Shown: positions 31,334 to 41,721 of the stretch, one piece after another | Layout of the letters: each line of letters starts with the position of its first letter | Numbering within the stretch: position 1 is the stretch's first letter | Source: Alphaproteobacteria bacterium | Lineage (GTDB): Bacteria > Pseudomonadota > Alphaproteobacteria > JAJTHO01 > CANGXP01 | DNA length: 64,000 nucleotides | Reading direction: 5' to 3' | Assembly: GCA_947457935.1 (NCBI GenBank) | Contig: CANGXP010000005.1 | Location: 2,511-66,510, forward strand | The notes under the pieces: model-generated | Told to the model about the DNA's origin: nothing | What the model saw: only the letters and a program-made list of their open reading frames with translations | Database searches by the model: none | Program-made: the position numbers and the translations under genes

Positions 31334-32202
31334 GCGGGCTGTATTGTGTAGGCTGCTTCCTTTTCTTGGCATCTTTTAATAAGATTAATGGCGTTCGCAT
31401 ACTGCCCTATCGTCCCTGCATTGGGTGCATTATACCCTGTTTCTTCAGAGGGTTGATATACCTTTGCGTGCAGTGCATTGCCATATTGCATTAAAATATC
31501 AAGATTTTCGCCTTTTGTGGCGATAACCATTTCTTGCAATTCTTGAAGACGTTCTTCTGCCGCACTCATGCGAGTTGTTTCAACAGCTTGTTCAACACCT
31601 TTGTTTTCTTGCGTCATCTCGAAAGCAGTTGTTGTTTTTGCGGTGACAGCACTATCGCTACCACGACGCGCAACATCGCCCATCACTTTTTCCGCTGCCT
31701 TTTCCATGGTAGCAGCATCTTGCTGTGAGGATACTAAACCCGCTGTTTTTAGCCCCATTCTATCTGCGAGAACTGCTGCTTCACGGTTTTGTTTAAAAGC
31801 ATTTTGTGCTTGTTGCGGAGAATCTTGCTCTTGTAACCGCTTCGCAACTGTTTGCTTATCGACATTTCCAATTAATAACACTGCGCCTGTGGCAGCAAGT
31901 ACATTTGCATTCTTAGGTGCAGCTTGCACAGTGCGCGAATCGCGAAGTCCTAATCTTGCTTCTATATCTTGCGTTTTTGTTTTGTCTTGTTGTGCTGTTA
32001 CTGTCATCATTGCACTAATTGTCCCTATCGTTTCCGCTATTTTCTCAAAAATATTTGTTTTTCGTTGCGGAAAATTTTCACGAACATATCGCTCTTGTTG
32101 TTGTGTATTAATCGCGAATAACCCTGCTGGCTGCATTGCAGCAAGCGAATTGTTTGATTTCTCAACAGGGATTGAACGGTTGTCCATATCAATACTATAC
32201 AC
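31330..32202 (-). CDS. hypothetical Q/A-rich protein (290 aa)
   Basis: Low-complexity, helix-prone sequence. No domain recognised. Forms a two-gene minus-strand unit with 32294-33241. Confidence 0.4.
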   Translation of the reverse strand: MYSIDMDNRSIPVEKSNNSLAAMQPAGLFAINTQQQERYVRENFPQRKTNIFEKIAETIGTISAMMTVTAQQDKTKTQDIEARLGLRDSRTVQAAPKNANVLAATGAVLLIGNVDKQTVAKRLQEQDSPQQAQNAFKQNREAAVLADRMGLKTAGLVSSQQDAATMEKAAEKVMGDVARRGSDSAVTAKTTTAFEMTQENKGVEQAVETTRMSAAEERLQELQEMVIATKGENLDILMQYGNALHAKVYQPSEETGYNAPNAGTIGQYANAINLIKRCQEKEAAYTIQPA

Positions 32203-32293
32203 TATATGATGAATAAATCTTGTATTTTCTTAATGTATCTCAAAAAACTCTATTTTGCAAGTGATTTTTGCAAAATCGTTAACTATTTGTTAA

Positions 32294-33241
32294 CTAAATC
32301 ACTTTATGTGCCATGTTTTTTATTGAAGCCTGTGCAATGATGGTAAGCAACTGACTGTCTTGCTTATACATTTCTGAATTAAGCGGTATTAACAAAGCAC
32401 CCTCCCCCTTATCCATAAATCGCGTATTATAATTATCACCTAATGCACCGTGCCAATAGCAGACATCCCCAATAGCTTTCACCCATGCATTAAGGAATTC
32501 TTGATTTGTGGGACGTTGATAGTCTGCTGTTAGCAGACCTCTAGGTTGCAATTCTTGTCGCTCAATCTGCACTGCATGCAAAATAGTTTCTGCAGGGTTT
32601 ATCACAACATCACTGTTAAACTCTGCGCTATTACGAGGGAATGTGTCGTGCAAAGCATAATACACCGCCCCTAACACTTCTTCTTTGTCTGAAATACCAT
32701 TTCGAGGTAGGATATGCGCTAATAAGTTATGCCGTGGATTAGCCGTAAAATCTTGCTGTAAATTATGTTGCTGACAAAATGCCGCTTCCACTATCGGGGC
32801 AGGGACAAAGGTGAGTTGCGGGTTTCCTTCTGGTGTTTGGTGGCTTTTTCCTTCAGCATACCGCTGTTCAAAAATCTCTATGTTGCTATAAAAAGCCTGT
32901 AATGCTGCAAGAGGCCAAACAGGGAAGTTTTCGTCGTGGTGTCTTGGGCGCTGGGAGAGGGAAGCAGACGGCTGTAATTGCGTGAGCGCAAATCGCGCAT
33001 GACTGGATAAAACATGAATGGCTTGCGCGTACTCACTCCCTATTCTGAGTTGTTGACTTAAACTCATTGCTTCGCGCACAAGAGGAATTTTAATATCAGG
33101 TTCAATATTACCAATGAAAGTGGCTATCTTTGAAAAGTCACGCTCCCTATAAAGTTTTTGAAATTGCGCCTGTCCTTCTGCTATAAGAAGACGCCCTAAG
33201 GATAATGCTTCATCCATAAACCACCACTTTTTACTATACAA
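32294..33241 (-). CDS. hypothetical protein (315 aa)
   Basis: No domain recognised. Divergent from purB. Confidence 0.4.
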   Translation of the reverse strand: MYSKKWWFMDEALSLGRLLIAEGQAQFQKLYRERDFSKIATFIGNIEPDIKIPLVREAMSLSQQLRIGSEYAQAIHVLSSHARFALTQLQPSASLSQRPRHHDENFPVWPLAALQAFYSNIEIFEQRYAEGKSHQTPEGNPQLTFVPAPIVEAAFCQQHNLQQDFTANPRHNLLAHILPRNGISDKEEVLGAVYYALHDTFPRNSAEFNSDVVINPAETILHAVQIERQELQPRGLLTADYQRPTNQEFLNAWVKAIGDVCYWHGALGDNYNTRFMDKGEGALLIPLNSEMYKQDSQLLTIIAQASIKNMAHKVI

Positions 33242-33301
33242 TTAATTAAATATTGCATAGTGTGCCGCATTATTCTCATTTTGTAAAGGATTTTTAGACG
33301 C

Positions 33302-34594
33302 ATGATTCCCCGCTATTCCCGCCCGCAAATGACCCGCATCTGGGAAGAAGACAACAAGTATAAAATCTGGTTGCTGATTGAGCAATATGCCTGTGAGGCA
33401 CAGGCGAAACTCGGCGTTATCCCCGCCAGTGTTGCAGAGGCGATTGCGGCGAAAGGCGTGGTGAATGCTGCAAAAATTGATGAAATTGAGCGGGTTACCA
33501 AGCACGATGTGATTGCGTTCCTCACCAACTTGGCGGAATCCATTGGCGATGAGGCGCGGTTTGTGCATCAGGGGATGACCTCCTCTGACGTGCTCGACAC
33601 TTGTTTGGCGGTGCAACTCACCCAAGCGACGAATTTGCTAGTTGAAGGATTAGACCGTGTGCTCGCGGCACTCAAAAAACGGGCATTTGAGTATAAAGAC
33701 ACGCCGTGCATCGGCAGAAGCCACGGCATTCACGCCGAACCGATTACCTTTGGCTTGAAACTCGCGACATTTTACGCAGAGTTTACCCGTGCCAAAGAAC
33801 GCCTGTTGTTCGCCCGCAAAGACATTGCCACCTGTGCGATTTCAGGGGCGGTGGGCACGTTCGCGAATATCAACCCGTTTGTGGAAACGTTTGTGGCGGA
33901 AAAATTAGGGTTGGCGGTGGAACCTGTTTCCACGCAAGTTATCCCGCGTGATAGACACGCCATGTTCTTTTCCGTGTTGGGGGTGATTGCCGCGAGCATT
34001 GAGCATCTCGCTGTGGAAATTCGCCACCTGCAACGCACTGAAGTGCGCGAGGTGGAAGAGTTTTTCAGTGCGGGGCAAAAAGGCAGCAGTGCCATGCCGC
34101 ATAAACGCAACCCTGTATTATCGGAAAATCTCACAGGGCTGGCGCGGGTGGTGCGGGCGGCGGTGAACCCTGCCTTGGAAAACGTGGCGTTATGGCATGA
34201 GCGGGATATTTCCCACTCCAGCGTTGAGCGCGTCTTTGCGCCCGATGCGACTATTGCCCTTGATTTCGCGCTGCATCGCTTGGGCGGCCTATTGGAAAAC
34301 ATGCTGGTATACCCTGAAACCATGCAGAAAAACCTTGATCAACTGAAGGGCTTGGTGTTCTCGCAACGGGTATTATTGGAACTCACCCAAAGTGGCTGTA
34401 GCCGTGAAGATGCCTATACACTGGTACAACGCAACGCCATGCGCGTGTGGGCAGGTGACGGCACATTTATTGACCTGCTCGCTGCCGATGCGGATGTAAC
34501 ACGCTATTTATCGGTGGAGAAATTACAGCCGTTGTTTGATATGAGCTATCATACCAAGCATGTGGATACGATTTTTAAACGGGTGTTTGGGTAG
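33302..34594 (+). CDS. purB: Adenylosuccinate lyase
   Basis: MIPRYSRPQMTRIWEEDNKY N-terminus and fumarate-lyase signature (GSSAMPHKRNP). Confidence 0.97.
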   Translation: MIPRYSRPQMTRIWEEDNKYKIWLLIEQYACEAQAKLGVIPASVAEAIAAKGVVNAAKIDEIERVTKHDVIAFLTNLAESIGDEARFVHQGMTSSDVLDTCLAVQLTQATNLLVEGLDRVLAALKKRAFEYKDTPCIGRSHGIHAEPITFGLKLATFYAEFTRAKERLLFARKDIATCAISGAVGTFANINPFVETFVAEKLGLAVEPVSTQVIPRDRHAMFFSVLGVIAASIEHLAVEIRHLQRTEVREVEEFFSAGQKGSSAMPHKRNPVLSENLTGLARVVRAAVNPALENVALWHERDISHSSVERVFAPDATIALDFALHRLGGLLENMLVYPETMQKNLDQLKGLVFSQRVLLELTQSGCSREDAYTLVQRNAMRVWAGDGTFIDLLAADADVTRYLSVEKLQPLFDMSYHTKHVDTIFKRVFG

Positions 34595-34605
34595 ACTCTG
34601 TTGAC

Positions 34606-34640
34606 AATTAAACGGGGGCAGCGGCTGCAAGATTTTTTTG
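34606..34640 (+). terminator. Possible weak terminator after purB
   Basis: GGGGCAGCGGCTGC short GC stem followed by AAGATTTTTTT. Confidence 0.25.
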
Positions 34641-34751
34641 TTGTGATAGAACTTTTTTAAGAGGTTTCTTGGGCGATCGAAAAGACTTTAAATCTGTCTA
34701 AAGCCAAAAAACCTCCTAAAAAGCACTGTGACAACAACGATATCCTCATTG

Positions 34752-35315
34752 TCAACAGAGCCTAGAAAGCGTACCCTCTTCCGTCACAATACAGTCAAGC
34801 AATACATCATGCTCTTCCAACGGTAGCACGTCCGCCTGTTGGCACGCATACCCAACACCAATCGTCTTACCCTGCCAACCTTTTGCTTTTAAGGCAGCCA
34901 GCGTTTTATCGTAATACCCTTTGCCACTGCCCAAACGCCCACCCTCTTTGGTGAACGCAAGGAGCGGCACAAGAATAACGTCAGGGACAACTGGCATTCC
35001 GTCTTTGGGCGATAAAATACCATATTTCCCTACGCTCAACGCACTTTTATAGCCATTCCATGGCAGAAAATCGAGTGTGCCCTCTTCCGTTACACGCGGC
35101 AATAGAAGACGGCATTGCTTGTCTTGCAGCACCTGCAGCAGCGGCAAAATATTCAACTCATGGTTATGGGGATAATACGCCGCAACCACCGCACGGGGCT
35201 TTATGAGTGTTGATACTAAGGGAATAATCGCACTGGTGGCTAAAGAGGCATGATGCGGGGGAATGGCAGCACGAAGGGATTTATAGTGCGCTCGAAGCGT
35301 CTTCTTATTCATCAT
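34752..35315 (-). CDS. 5-formyltetrahydrofolate cyclo-ligase
   Basis: 187 aa with the GSGKGYYD motif and family length. Confidence 0.75.
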   Translation of the reverse strand: MMNKKTLRAHYKSLRAAIPPHHASLATSAIIPLVSTLIKPRAVVAAYYPHNHELNILPLLQVLQDKQCRLLLPRVTEEGTLDFLPWNGYKSALSVGKYGILSPKDGMPVVPDVILVPLLAFTKEGGRLGSGKGYYDKTLAALKAKGWQGKTIGVGYACQQADVLPLEEHDVLLDCIVTEEGTLSRLC

Positions 35316-35586
35316 TATAGGTCTTTACCGATACAAAAAATGTAGCCACACCTGCCGTTGAGTGATTGATTCCACAGACCCTATATAATAGGTGGGTGCC
35401 AGATGATAAAAACCACGGTTCTTACCAGCGCCAGATCCCTGTGAAATCGTATGGACCGAGGAATGACAAAACCCTATCGCACAGGGCAGCTACATCAGAC
35501 ACTATACAACAAACCGCCGCCCAATACAACTTTGCATTAGGGCTGTTTTTCTGCTATGGTTAATGTTCACATTAGGGAGAAACGTC

Positions 35587-36084
35587 ATGCCCAAAGATAA
35601 ATCCGTCACCACCCTCACCGTTACCCCCAAAGCCAGCGCGAAAGAAAACCGCAAGGTCGTCATTGCCATCCTGCAAGCACAACTAGCGGATTCGTTTGAC
35701 CTCTACAGCCAAATCAAGCAAGCACATTGGAACGTGAAAGGCGCAGAATTTATCGCGCTCCATGAACTATTCGACACAGTTGCCGCAACAGTTCTCCTTG
35801 CAACAGACACAATTGCCGAACGCATTCTCCAACTCGGCGGGGAAGCGGCAGGCACAGCACGATTTGTGGCAAAAAAGTCCACCTTGCCTGAATATCCGCA
35901 CCTCACGGCAGATTGCAAACAGCACGTTAAAGCCGTGAGCACCGTGTTAGAATTATACACCACCGCCTCCCGCGAGGCCATCAACAGCACGGATGACTTG
36001 GGCGATCCCGTCACGGCTGATATTCTCACAGGTATCACCCGCGATATTGATAAGCAGCTGTGGTTTGTCTCATCGCACTTATAG
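35587..36084 (+). CDS. dps: Dps-family DNA-binding ferritin-like protein
   Basis: LQAQLADSFDLYSQIKQAHWNVKG ... ferroxidase site residues. GGGAGA ribosome-binding site upstream. Confidence 0.9.
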   Translation: MPKDKSVTTLTVTPKASAKENRKVVIAILQAQLADSFDLYSQIKQAHWNVKGAEFIALHELFDTVAATVLLATDTIAERILQLGGEAAGTARFVAKKSTLPEYPHLTADCKQHVKAVSTVLELYTTASREAINSTDDLGDPVTADILTGITRDIDKQLWFVSSHL

Positions 36085-38688
36085 AGTAATCGCACCCTGC
36101 CACGCCCGAGCAGGCACACCCGCCGTATCGCCAATCACGCTTGCATTGGTGTAGAGCATATTGGTGATAACGGGGTTTTGTCCGCCCACATAGTCAACCA
36201 GCCATCCTGTAACAGGGGTAACACTCGGTGTTAAGCGCACCATCGTTGCGGTGGGGATTGCTGTTGTGGTGATGCTGATGTGCTTGCGGAACGTAATAGT
36301 CCCCGTGGCGGGGGTTGCCGCTTGCTCATGCACCCCGTAACGGAAAGTGTTAGCATCCACCACAAACACCGTTGCATCCGCCATATTATATTCATTGGTG
36401 GTTGCCCCAAACACACCGATTTTATTGTTGGTTGCCAAGCCATGCGCGGTAGAGGTTGCAGTTGCATAAGCAGCGCGTAATGTTCCTGTTGCTGATGCTG
36501 CCGCTGATGCACTGATTGTGTAAGTGAACGTGGTAGTGGTGGGTGTTGAGGCAACAATCTTTTGTCCGTTGTAGTAACTGCCCGTTGCGCCACTGATAAA
36601 CACGGGTTGCCCCACACTTAACCCATGCGCCGCGCTGGTGGTTGCCGTTGCTGTTGTGCCGCTCTTGGTGATGCTGTTTACGGTCAGCGTTGTCTCAACA
36701 GCGGTCATGCTTTGCGCCGCACCATACACCACAAAGCCCGTCAAGCCCGTTGCGCCTGTTAAGCCTTGCAAGGTTGTGCCGTTGTTCAACGTATAGCTAA
36801 TATCAATGGTGCTGCCGTTAATCACCGCCCCTGTAGGCCCTGCCCCGCGCAAGCCCGTAGTATAGGTTGCACTGTCTAAATAGTTCAGCACCGCCTGAGC
36901 AAACATTTTCTCAAACCGCCAGTAACCCGATACAGAGCCAGACGGGTGCAAGTCATCATCATGGGTGAGGGAATGTGACGCACCTTGTGTGAAGCAGTTG
37001 GTAATAGTGGGAATAGTTGTTTGTTGCGCGTTCCGTACTGCCCTAAAATTATTGTCGTTTGGTGAAGAGGTTGCGTCATTCCGCGCTGTTTCAGAAGCGA
37101 ATACAGGCAGTTGCGCCGCCGTTCTGCTGAAATTCGCCCGTAACAGCGATACCATCGTAGGGAATTGTGCCGCCCATTCCGCTTGTGTGCGCGGTGTTGC
37201 GTTGTTGCTATCGTTCGTACCGAGGCGAATAGAGATGACTTCCGCGTCACCCCCTGCATTGGTTAAGGCACTGGCGAAAGCGGTATGCACCGTTGAACCC
37301 GAAACACTCCATGTATTGCCGCTAGTTGGCAACAGCGTTGTGCCACTGGTTGCTCCGTTATAATGGGCAACGGGAATGCCTAAAGCGATTGAAAGCCTTG
37401 TTAAGCTATGCACCACCACGGAGGAAGGACTCGCATCGCGTAAACTTTTATACGTCCCCGATGATTGCTGCCACGCGCTAATCATCTCGCTGTTGGCGGT
37501 AAAGTCTGTTCCCGCCGTGCCAGAAGCCCCCACAGAGCGTTGGTCTTCCAAACTCTCTCCTGCACCCAGAATAATAATGCCCACGCCCCACGGTAACTGT
37601 GTGCGCTGAATATTCGCCACGTTGTTTGTGTGGCGCACTTCAAGGGCATATTGCCCCCCTTGTGGCACGCTAGGAAGCGTCACACTCCACGTCCCTGCTG
37701 TGGGGGTAGCGGCACGCGTCCATGCTATCACTTGCGCCCCCGCACTATCAATCACCCGCGCTTCAATGCCACTCGGCGAACCCGTATAAGTCCCTGTAAA
37801 GGTGAGCGTTTTGCTGGTTGTGCCCGCCGCCCGCTGGAATACTTTTGCATAGACGGTGTCAACGCCGTGGGTTGACGTATCAATCGCAACAGGCACGCCT
37901 GTAAATGGATAACAGCCCCGCGCTTGCGGCGCGCCCACACGGGTAATCACGTTTGCGCCCGTGCCGCTATCGGCAATCGTTGCAGCAGACGTATCAAATT
38001 TTGCATACAGGCTCGGGCTTTTCGCTAAATCAGTGATAATGTCCTGCCCCGCCGCAAGGTTGTTAATATCCGCATTGCTCAACGTACCATCTAGCTTGAA
38101 CAAGTAGCTTAAATGATTATTGAGAAAACTGTTTATAGCTTGGTCATAGCGGCAGCCAATAAAGAAATTACCAGAAGGTGTTATGGTAGAAGGCGACCCA
38201 ATCGCGACGGGTGTGCCCACCGTCACTGTACCACCGACAGGCGCAGAAAACACCTCTAGATTTGTGCCATTTCGGCGCATCCCCACAATATACCACCCAT
38301 TGACGTTGTTTGAGACAAGGGTTGCACCTGTTGCTATTGTTTGCGCCGTACCATTACGCGCCACACCTGTTAATAACCCATTTGCTAAGTATATTCGTGT
38401 ATTGTGCGCACCCCCTGTGTTGCCATGATTAAAGATATGCTGCGTCAATGATGCATGTAGTCGGGTGATTTTAACCAGTGCGCACACCGCCCAATCACTA
38501 TTTGGATAATCAAGGTTTGCGGCATCCGTCACCGCATAATAATCTGTCGTGCCGTTAAAATAGTTTGAGCCACGCGCTACCACGGTGGATGTGCCGCTGG
38601 GCAAGGGTGGCAGAATCGTTGTGCCTTTATTCGGCATAATTGCCTTTGCAACGGCGGTTGATGCGGGGCGTTTTATCTTTCTTTGCAT
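36079..38688 (-). CDS. Orphan phage-tail-fibre-like protein (LamG-like jellyroll, SASA/SGNH-type esterase, Thr/Ala-rich beta region)
   Basis: N-terminal LamG-like segment (DWAVCALVKITRL ... NGWYIVGMRRNGTNLEVF). Central segment with IILGAGESLEDQ resembling sialate-O-acetylesterase-type hydrolases. C-terminal TGxT/GATG-rich repeats. AGGAG ribosome-binding site 9 nt before the ATG at 38688. Confidence 0.6.
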   Translation of the reverse strand: MQRKIKRPASTAVAKAIMPNKGTTILPPLPSGTSTVVARGSNYFNGTTDYYAVTDAANLDYPNSDWAVCALVKITRLHASLTQHIFNHGNTGGAHNTRIYLANGLLTGVARNGTAQTIATGATLVSNNVNGWYIVGMRRNGTNLEVFSAPVGGTVTVGTPVAIGSPSTITPSGNFFIGCRYDQAINSFLNNHLSYLFKLDGTLSNADINNLAAGQDIITDLAKSPSLYAKFDTSAATIADSGTGANVITRVGAPQARGCYPFTGVPVAIDTSTHGVDTVYAKVFQRAAGTTSKTLTFTGTYTGSPSGIEARVIDSAGAQVIAWTRAATPTAGTWSVTLPSVPQGGQYALEVRHTNNVANIQRTQLPWGVGIIILGAGESLEDQRSVGASGTAGTDFTANSEMISAWQQSSGTYKSLRDASPSSVVVHSLTRLSIALGIPVAHYNGATSGTTLLPTSGNTWSVSGSTVHTAFASALTNAGGDAEVISIRLGTNDSNNATPRTQAEWAAQFPTMVSLLRANFSRTAAQLPVFASETARNDATSSPNDNNFRAVRNAQQTTIPTITNCFTQGASHSLTHDDDLHPSGSVSGYWRFEKMFAQAVLNYLDSATYTTGLRGAGPTGAVINGSTIDISYTLNNGTTLQGLTGATGLTGFVVYGAAQSMTAVETTLTVNSITKSGTTATATTSAAHGLSVGQPVFISGATGSYYNGQKIVASTPTTTTFTYTISASAAASATGTLRAAYATATSTAHGLATNNKIGVFGATTNEYNMADATVFVVDANTFRYGVHEQAATPATGTITFRKHISITTTAIPTATMVRLTPSVTPVTGWLVDYVGGQNPVITNMLYTNASVIGDTAGVPARAWQGAITL

Positions 38689-39003
38689 TATGGCTGCTCC
38701 TATTTTTGGGCAAAAAAAACGCCGCCTCCCGTGGGGGAGACGACGTTATTGTAAAACTTTTGAGTGCACTTACGGCAACTCTAAACCTACAGTACCCTAT
38801 TTTTTAGAAAATGTCTATAGGGGGGACGTGATTTTTTTCTACATGCATTAATCAATAAAAGCTCATAAATGTTATTTAATTGCTTTTTCGTAACAAAACT
38901 GCTACAATTTGTTTAGATTTTGCTTTGTGCTTGCACAAGCTCCGCTTCGCGGCATCTCTCTAAAAAATAGATGAAAAACTGTTGTTTATCCTTAAGGAAA
39001 ACT

Positions 39004-39747
39004 ATGAATCGTCGTATTCTCATTGGTTCAGGTATCGGGTTCGGTGCGGTTATTCTTTCGCTTGTTGGTCTTTTTACTTTCAATGCTGGTGCTCGTCACA
39101 CGGCAAATATTCTTGGAAGTGATGATTATCGGGCGAAATGGCTGACACAAATTTCAACGGATCTTGAATATCGCAAGTCTCAAATCTCTGTATTCCCTGT
39201 GTTTTTTACAATTGCTAATCGTCCATTAACGACCAAGCTTGTTGAAGCTTCCCTAAAGGCTGAACAACAGGTGGAAATTAATTGGAAGATTTCAGATTTG
39301 GTTGATAACTGGGATGACTTGACGAAGGAATTGCAGACCGCTGATTTTCGCAACCCTGTCTTTGTTCCAAAAACAAAGCCCATTTACAAAAACAATCGGG
39401 ATGCTTTTTACGCGTTGCTTGGGAGCAATTTTGCTTTCGAGCTTCGTGAAAATGGCACTTTTCGAGCCTGCATAACCGGACAATTTGTCTGGTTTACCAA
39501 TTATCCTGGTACACAAGACAACTGGATTCCACTGCCAAACCTGTTTAACTCCTTCCGAGGGGAGAAGACAGAAGCGGCACTACAAAATTCAGAGGTTGCG
39601 AGGTTTTTGAAGATCGATACAGATCCAGACGGCAGCGATCCCACGATTCCATGGGCATCCCCCAAAGGCTTTGTTGAGCCATTGGTTGAGTCTGGAAACA
39701 TCAGTTTCCCAACCTACAAAGTTTGTGGGGAGTGGCATTCGATATAA
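39004..39747 (+). CDS. hypothetical membrane-anchored protein, low GC
   Basis: N-terminal TM (ILIGSGIGFGAVILSLVGLF). AGGAAA ribosome-binding site. Followed by a strong terminator. Confidence 0.5.
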   Translation: MNRRILIGSGIGFGAVILSLVGLFTFNAGARHTANILGSDDYRAKWLTQISTDLEYRKSQISVFPVFFTIANRPLTTKLVEASLKAEQQVEINWKISDLVDNWDDLTKELQTADFRNPVFVPKTKPIYKNNRDAFYALLGSNFAFELRENGTFRACITGQFVWFTNYPGTQDNWIPLPNLFNSFRGEKTEAALQNSEVARFLKIDTDPDGSDPTIPWASPKGFVEPLVESGNISFPTYKVCGEWHSI

Positions 39748-39769
39748 CTTAATCCAACAATAGTGGATA

Positions 39770-39801
39770 AAGAGGGTGGTTTTATATCACCCTCTTTTTT
39801 T
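39770..39801 (+). terminator. Rho-independent terminator
   Basis: GAGGGTG-gttttatat-CACCCTC followed by TTTTTTT. Confidence 0.6.
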
Positions 39802-39842
39802 ATGGATCTGAACTTAGGGTTTGTAAATCTTACTCAAGGGAT

Positions 39843-40034
39843 TCAACGGACACCTTGAGGAAAATGCCTCGTTTCATAGGCATCAACCAACGCACCTAAA
39901 ACCTCCAGTTCGTCAAAAGCAAGGCTGCCTGCCTGTGCATCAAACAATTCTTCGATACGCGCAACAGCACGTTCATACTCTTGCGCGGTGCGCAGTGGTT
40001 TAACATCCATTGTCAACAACCGCCTAATACTCAA
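39843..40034 (-). pseudogene. Remnant of HigA-type antitoxin (N-terminal part only, HTH lost)
   Basis: LRTAQEYERAVARIEELFDAQAGSLAFDELEVLGALVDAYETRHFP matches the N-terminal dimerisation region of HigA-2-type antitoxins. The ORF stops where the HTH should begin. Confidence 0.4.
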
Positions 40035-41316
40035 TCCTTAACATCGTCGGCTTGGCACTCAAGAAATCGCTGCTCTCAAGGTGGCTCAGTACCCGCTTCA
40101 TCACGGCTTCACGGCACGCATGGGTGGTGAACACCAGCGGCACAGCCCCTTGTATTTTTTGCTCGCGCTGGGTTAGCGTCTTAATCGAAATGCCTTCTTT
40201 GCTGAGTTCTGACGCGATTTGCGCCACCACACCAGCCTTGTCCAACACCATCAGGCGCACATAAAAACAGCCCTCATGGCTTTCCTCAGGTACAGGCGCG
40301 GCGATGGCTAAATTCTCGGTTTTGCGCCCAAATGCACTGGAAACACGCCCATTCGCCAAATCCAACAAATCGGCGACAACGGCGGATGCCGTGGGGTTGC
40401 CCCCTGCGCCGCGCCCTTGAATCATCACCTGCCCCACATAATCGCCGAAAAACACCACGGCGTTATACACATCATCAACAGGGGCAATCACCGCATTTTT
40501 TGGCACTAAACAGGGGTAAACACGTTGACTCACCGCATCGCCTCGTTTTTCGGCAAACCCTAACAGCTTAATCACATAGCCCAAGCTATCCGCCATCTGA
40601 ATATCTTCAAACACCACACTGCGAATACCCTCGCATTGCACCGCGCCTAAATCAACCCGTGTGCCAAAGGCAATACTGCTCAGGATTGCCAGCTTATGCG
40701 CGGTGTCTGTGCCATCAATATCAAAACTAGGGTCTGCCTCGGCATAACCCAAATGCTGTGCTTCTGCCAACACATCAGCAAAATCTGCGCGGGTTTTTTT
40801 CATGGTGGTGAGGATGTAATTGCACGTCCCATTCAAAATACCATAAAACTTTTCAATGGTATTCGCCGCGCCGCCTTCCCGTAATGCCTTGATAATGGGA
40901 ATGCCGCCCGCCACCGCCGCCTCAAACGCCAATGTCGCGCCATTTTTCTCGGCTAGTTGTGCCAACGCAAAACCATGATGCGCCAACAGGGATTTATTCG
41001 CGGTGATAACAGATTTTCCTGCTGTTAATGCCGCCTCAACCACGGCACGGGCTGTGCCCTCTGCCCCGCCAACAAGCTCCACCACCACATCCACATCGGG
41101 GTGGGTTGCCAACGCAACAGGGTCATCCATCCACTGAATATTGCTTAAATCCAGCCCCCTGCTCCGCCCTGCATCACGCGCTGAAACTGCCACCACCTGC
41201 AACGGACGCGGCGAACGATGCGCCAGTGCCCCTGCCTCATTATGCAGCAAGTTCACAACACTTGCCCCCACGGTTCCTAAGCCAACAATGCCAATCCGAA
41301 GCGGGTCGTTTTCCAT
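40024..41316 (-). CDS. hom: Homoserine dehydrogenase
   Basis: N-terminal NAD-binding motif RIGIVGLGTVG, catalytic region, C-terminal ACT domain. Confidence 0.95.
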   Translation of the reverse strand: MENDPLRIGIVGLGTVGASVVNLLHNEAGALAHRSPRPLQVVAVSARDAGRSRGLDLSNIQWMDDPVALATHPDVDVVVELVGGAEGTARAVVEAALTAGKSVITANKSLLAHHGFALAQLAEKNGATLAFEAAVAGGIPIIKALREGGAANTIEKFYGILNGTCNYILTTMKKTRADFADVLAEAQHLGYAEADPSFDIDGTDTAHKLAILSSIAFGTRVDLGAVQCEGIRSVVFEDIQMADSLGYVIKLLGFAEKRGDAVSQRVYPCLVPKNAVIAPVDDVYNAVVFFGDYVGQVMIQGRGAGGNPTASAVVADLLDLANGRVSSAFGRKTENLAIAAPVPEESHEGCFYVRLMVLDKAGVVAQIASELSKEGISIKTLTQREQKIQGAVPLVFTTHACREAVMKRVLSHLESSDFLSAKPTMLRIEY

Positions 41317-41321
41317 TGTGT

Positions 41322-41651
41322 TTAGGCTCCTGATGCTGCGCTGAAGAACTCTTCTTTGCCTGCCTTGCCCTTCCACGCATCAGCATCGGGGAGTGCGTCT
41401 TTCTTCTTGGTGATATTTTTCCACGACTCAGAATAGGTACGATTAATTTCCAACCATTTTTCCACACCGCTCGTGCTATCGGACACAATCGCCTCTGCAG
41501 GGCACTCAGGCTCACACACCCCACAATCGATACACTCATCGGGGTTAATCACCAGCATGTTTTCGCCCTCATAAAAACAGTCAACAGGGCACACTTCCAC
41601 GCAATCTGTATATTTGCACTTAATACACGCGTCCGTTACAACGTAAGCCAT
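41322..41651 (-). CDS. fdxA: 7Fe ferredoxin (FdxA type)
   Basis: [26 protein letters not shown] ... [12 protein letters not shown] cysteine pattern. Confidence 0.9.
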   Translation of the reverse strand: MAYVVTDACIKCKYTDCVEVCPVDCFYEGENMLVINPDECIDCGVCEPECPAEAIVSDSTSGVEKWLEINRTYSESWKNITKKKDALPDADAWKGKAGKEEFFSAASGA

Positions 41652-41721
41652 TTAGAATACTCCTTCAATGAGCGCACTATATTACGAGGAAACGGGTGGT
41701 TTTCAAGTGAAAAGGTAACAA

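Noticed and set aside
35316-35586. 270-bp region upstream of dps as possible small-RNA gene or promoter (TTGATT ... TATATAAT)
   Set aside because: Spacing between the hexamers is too short for a standard sigma70 promoter and I see no terminator or conserved structure. Left unannotated.
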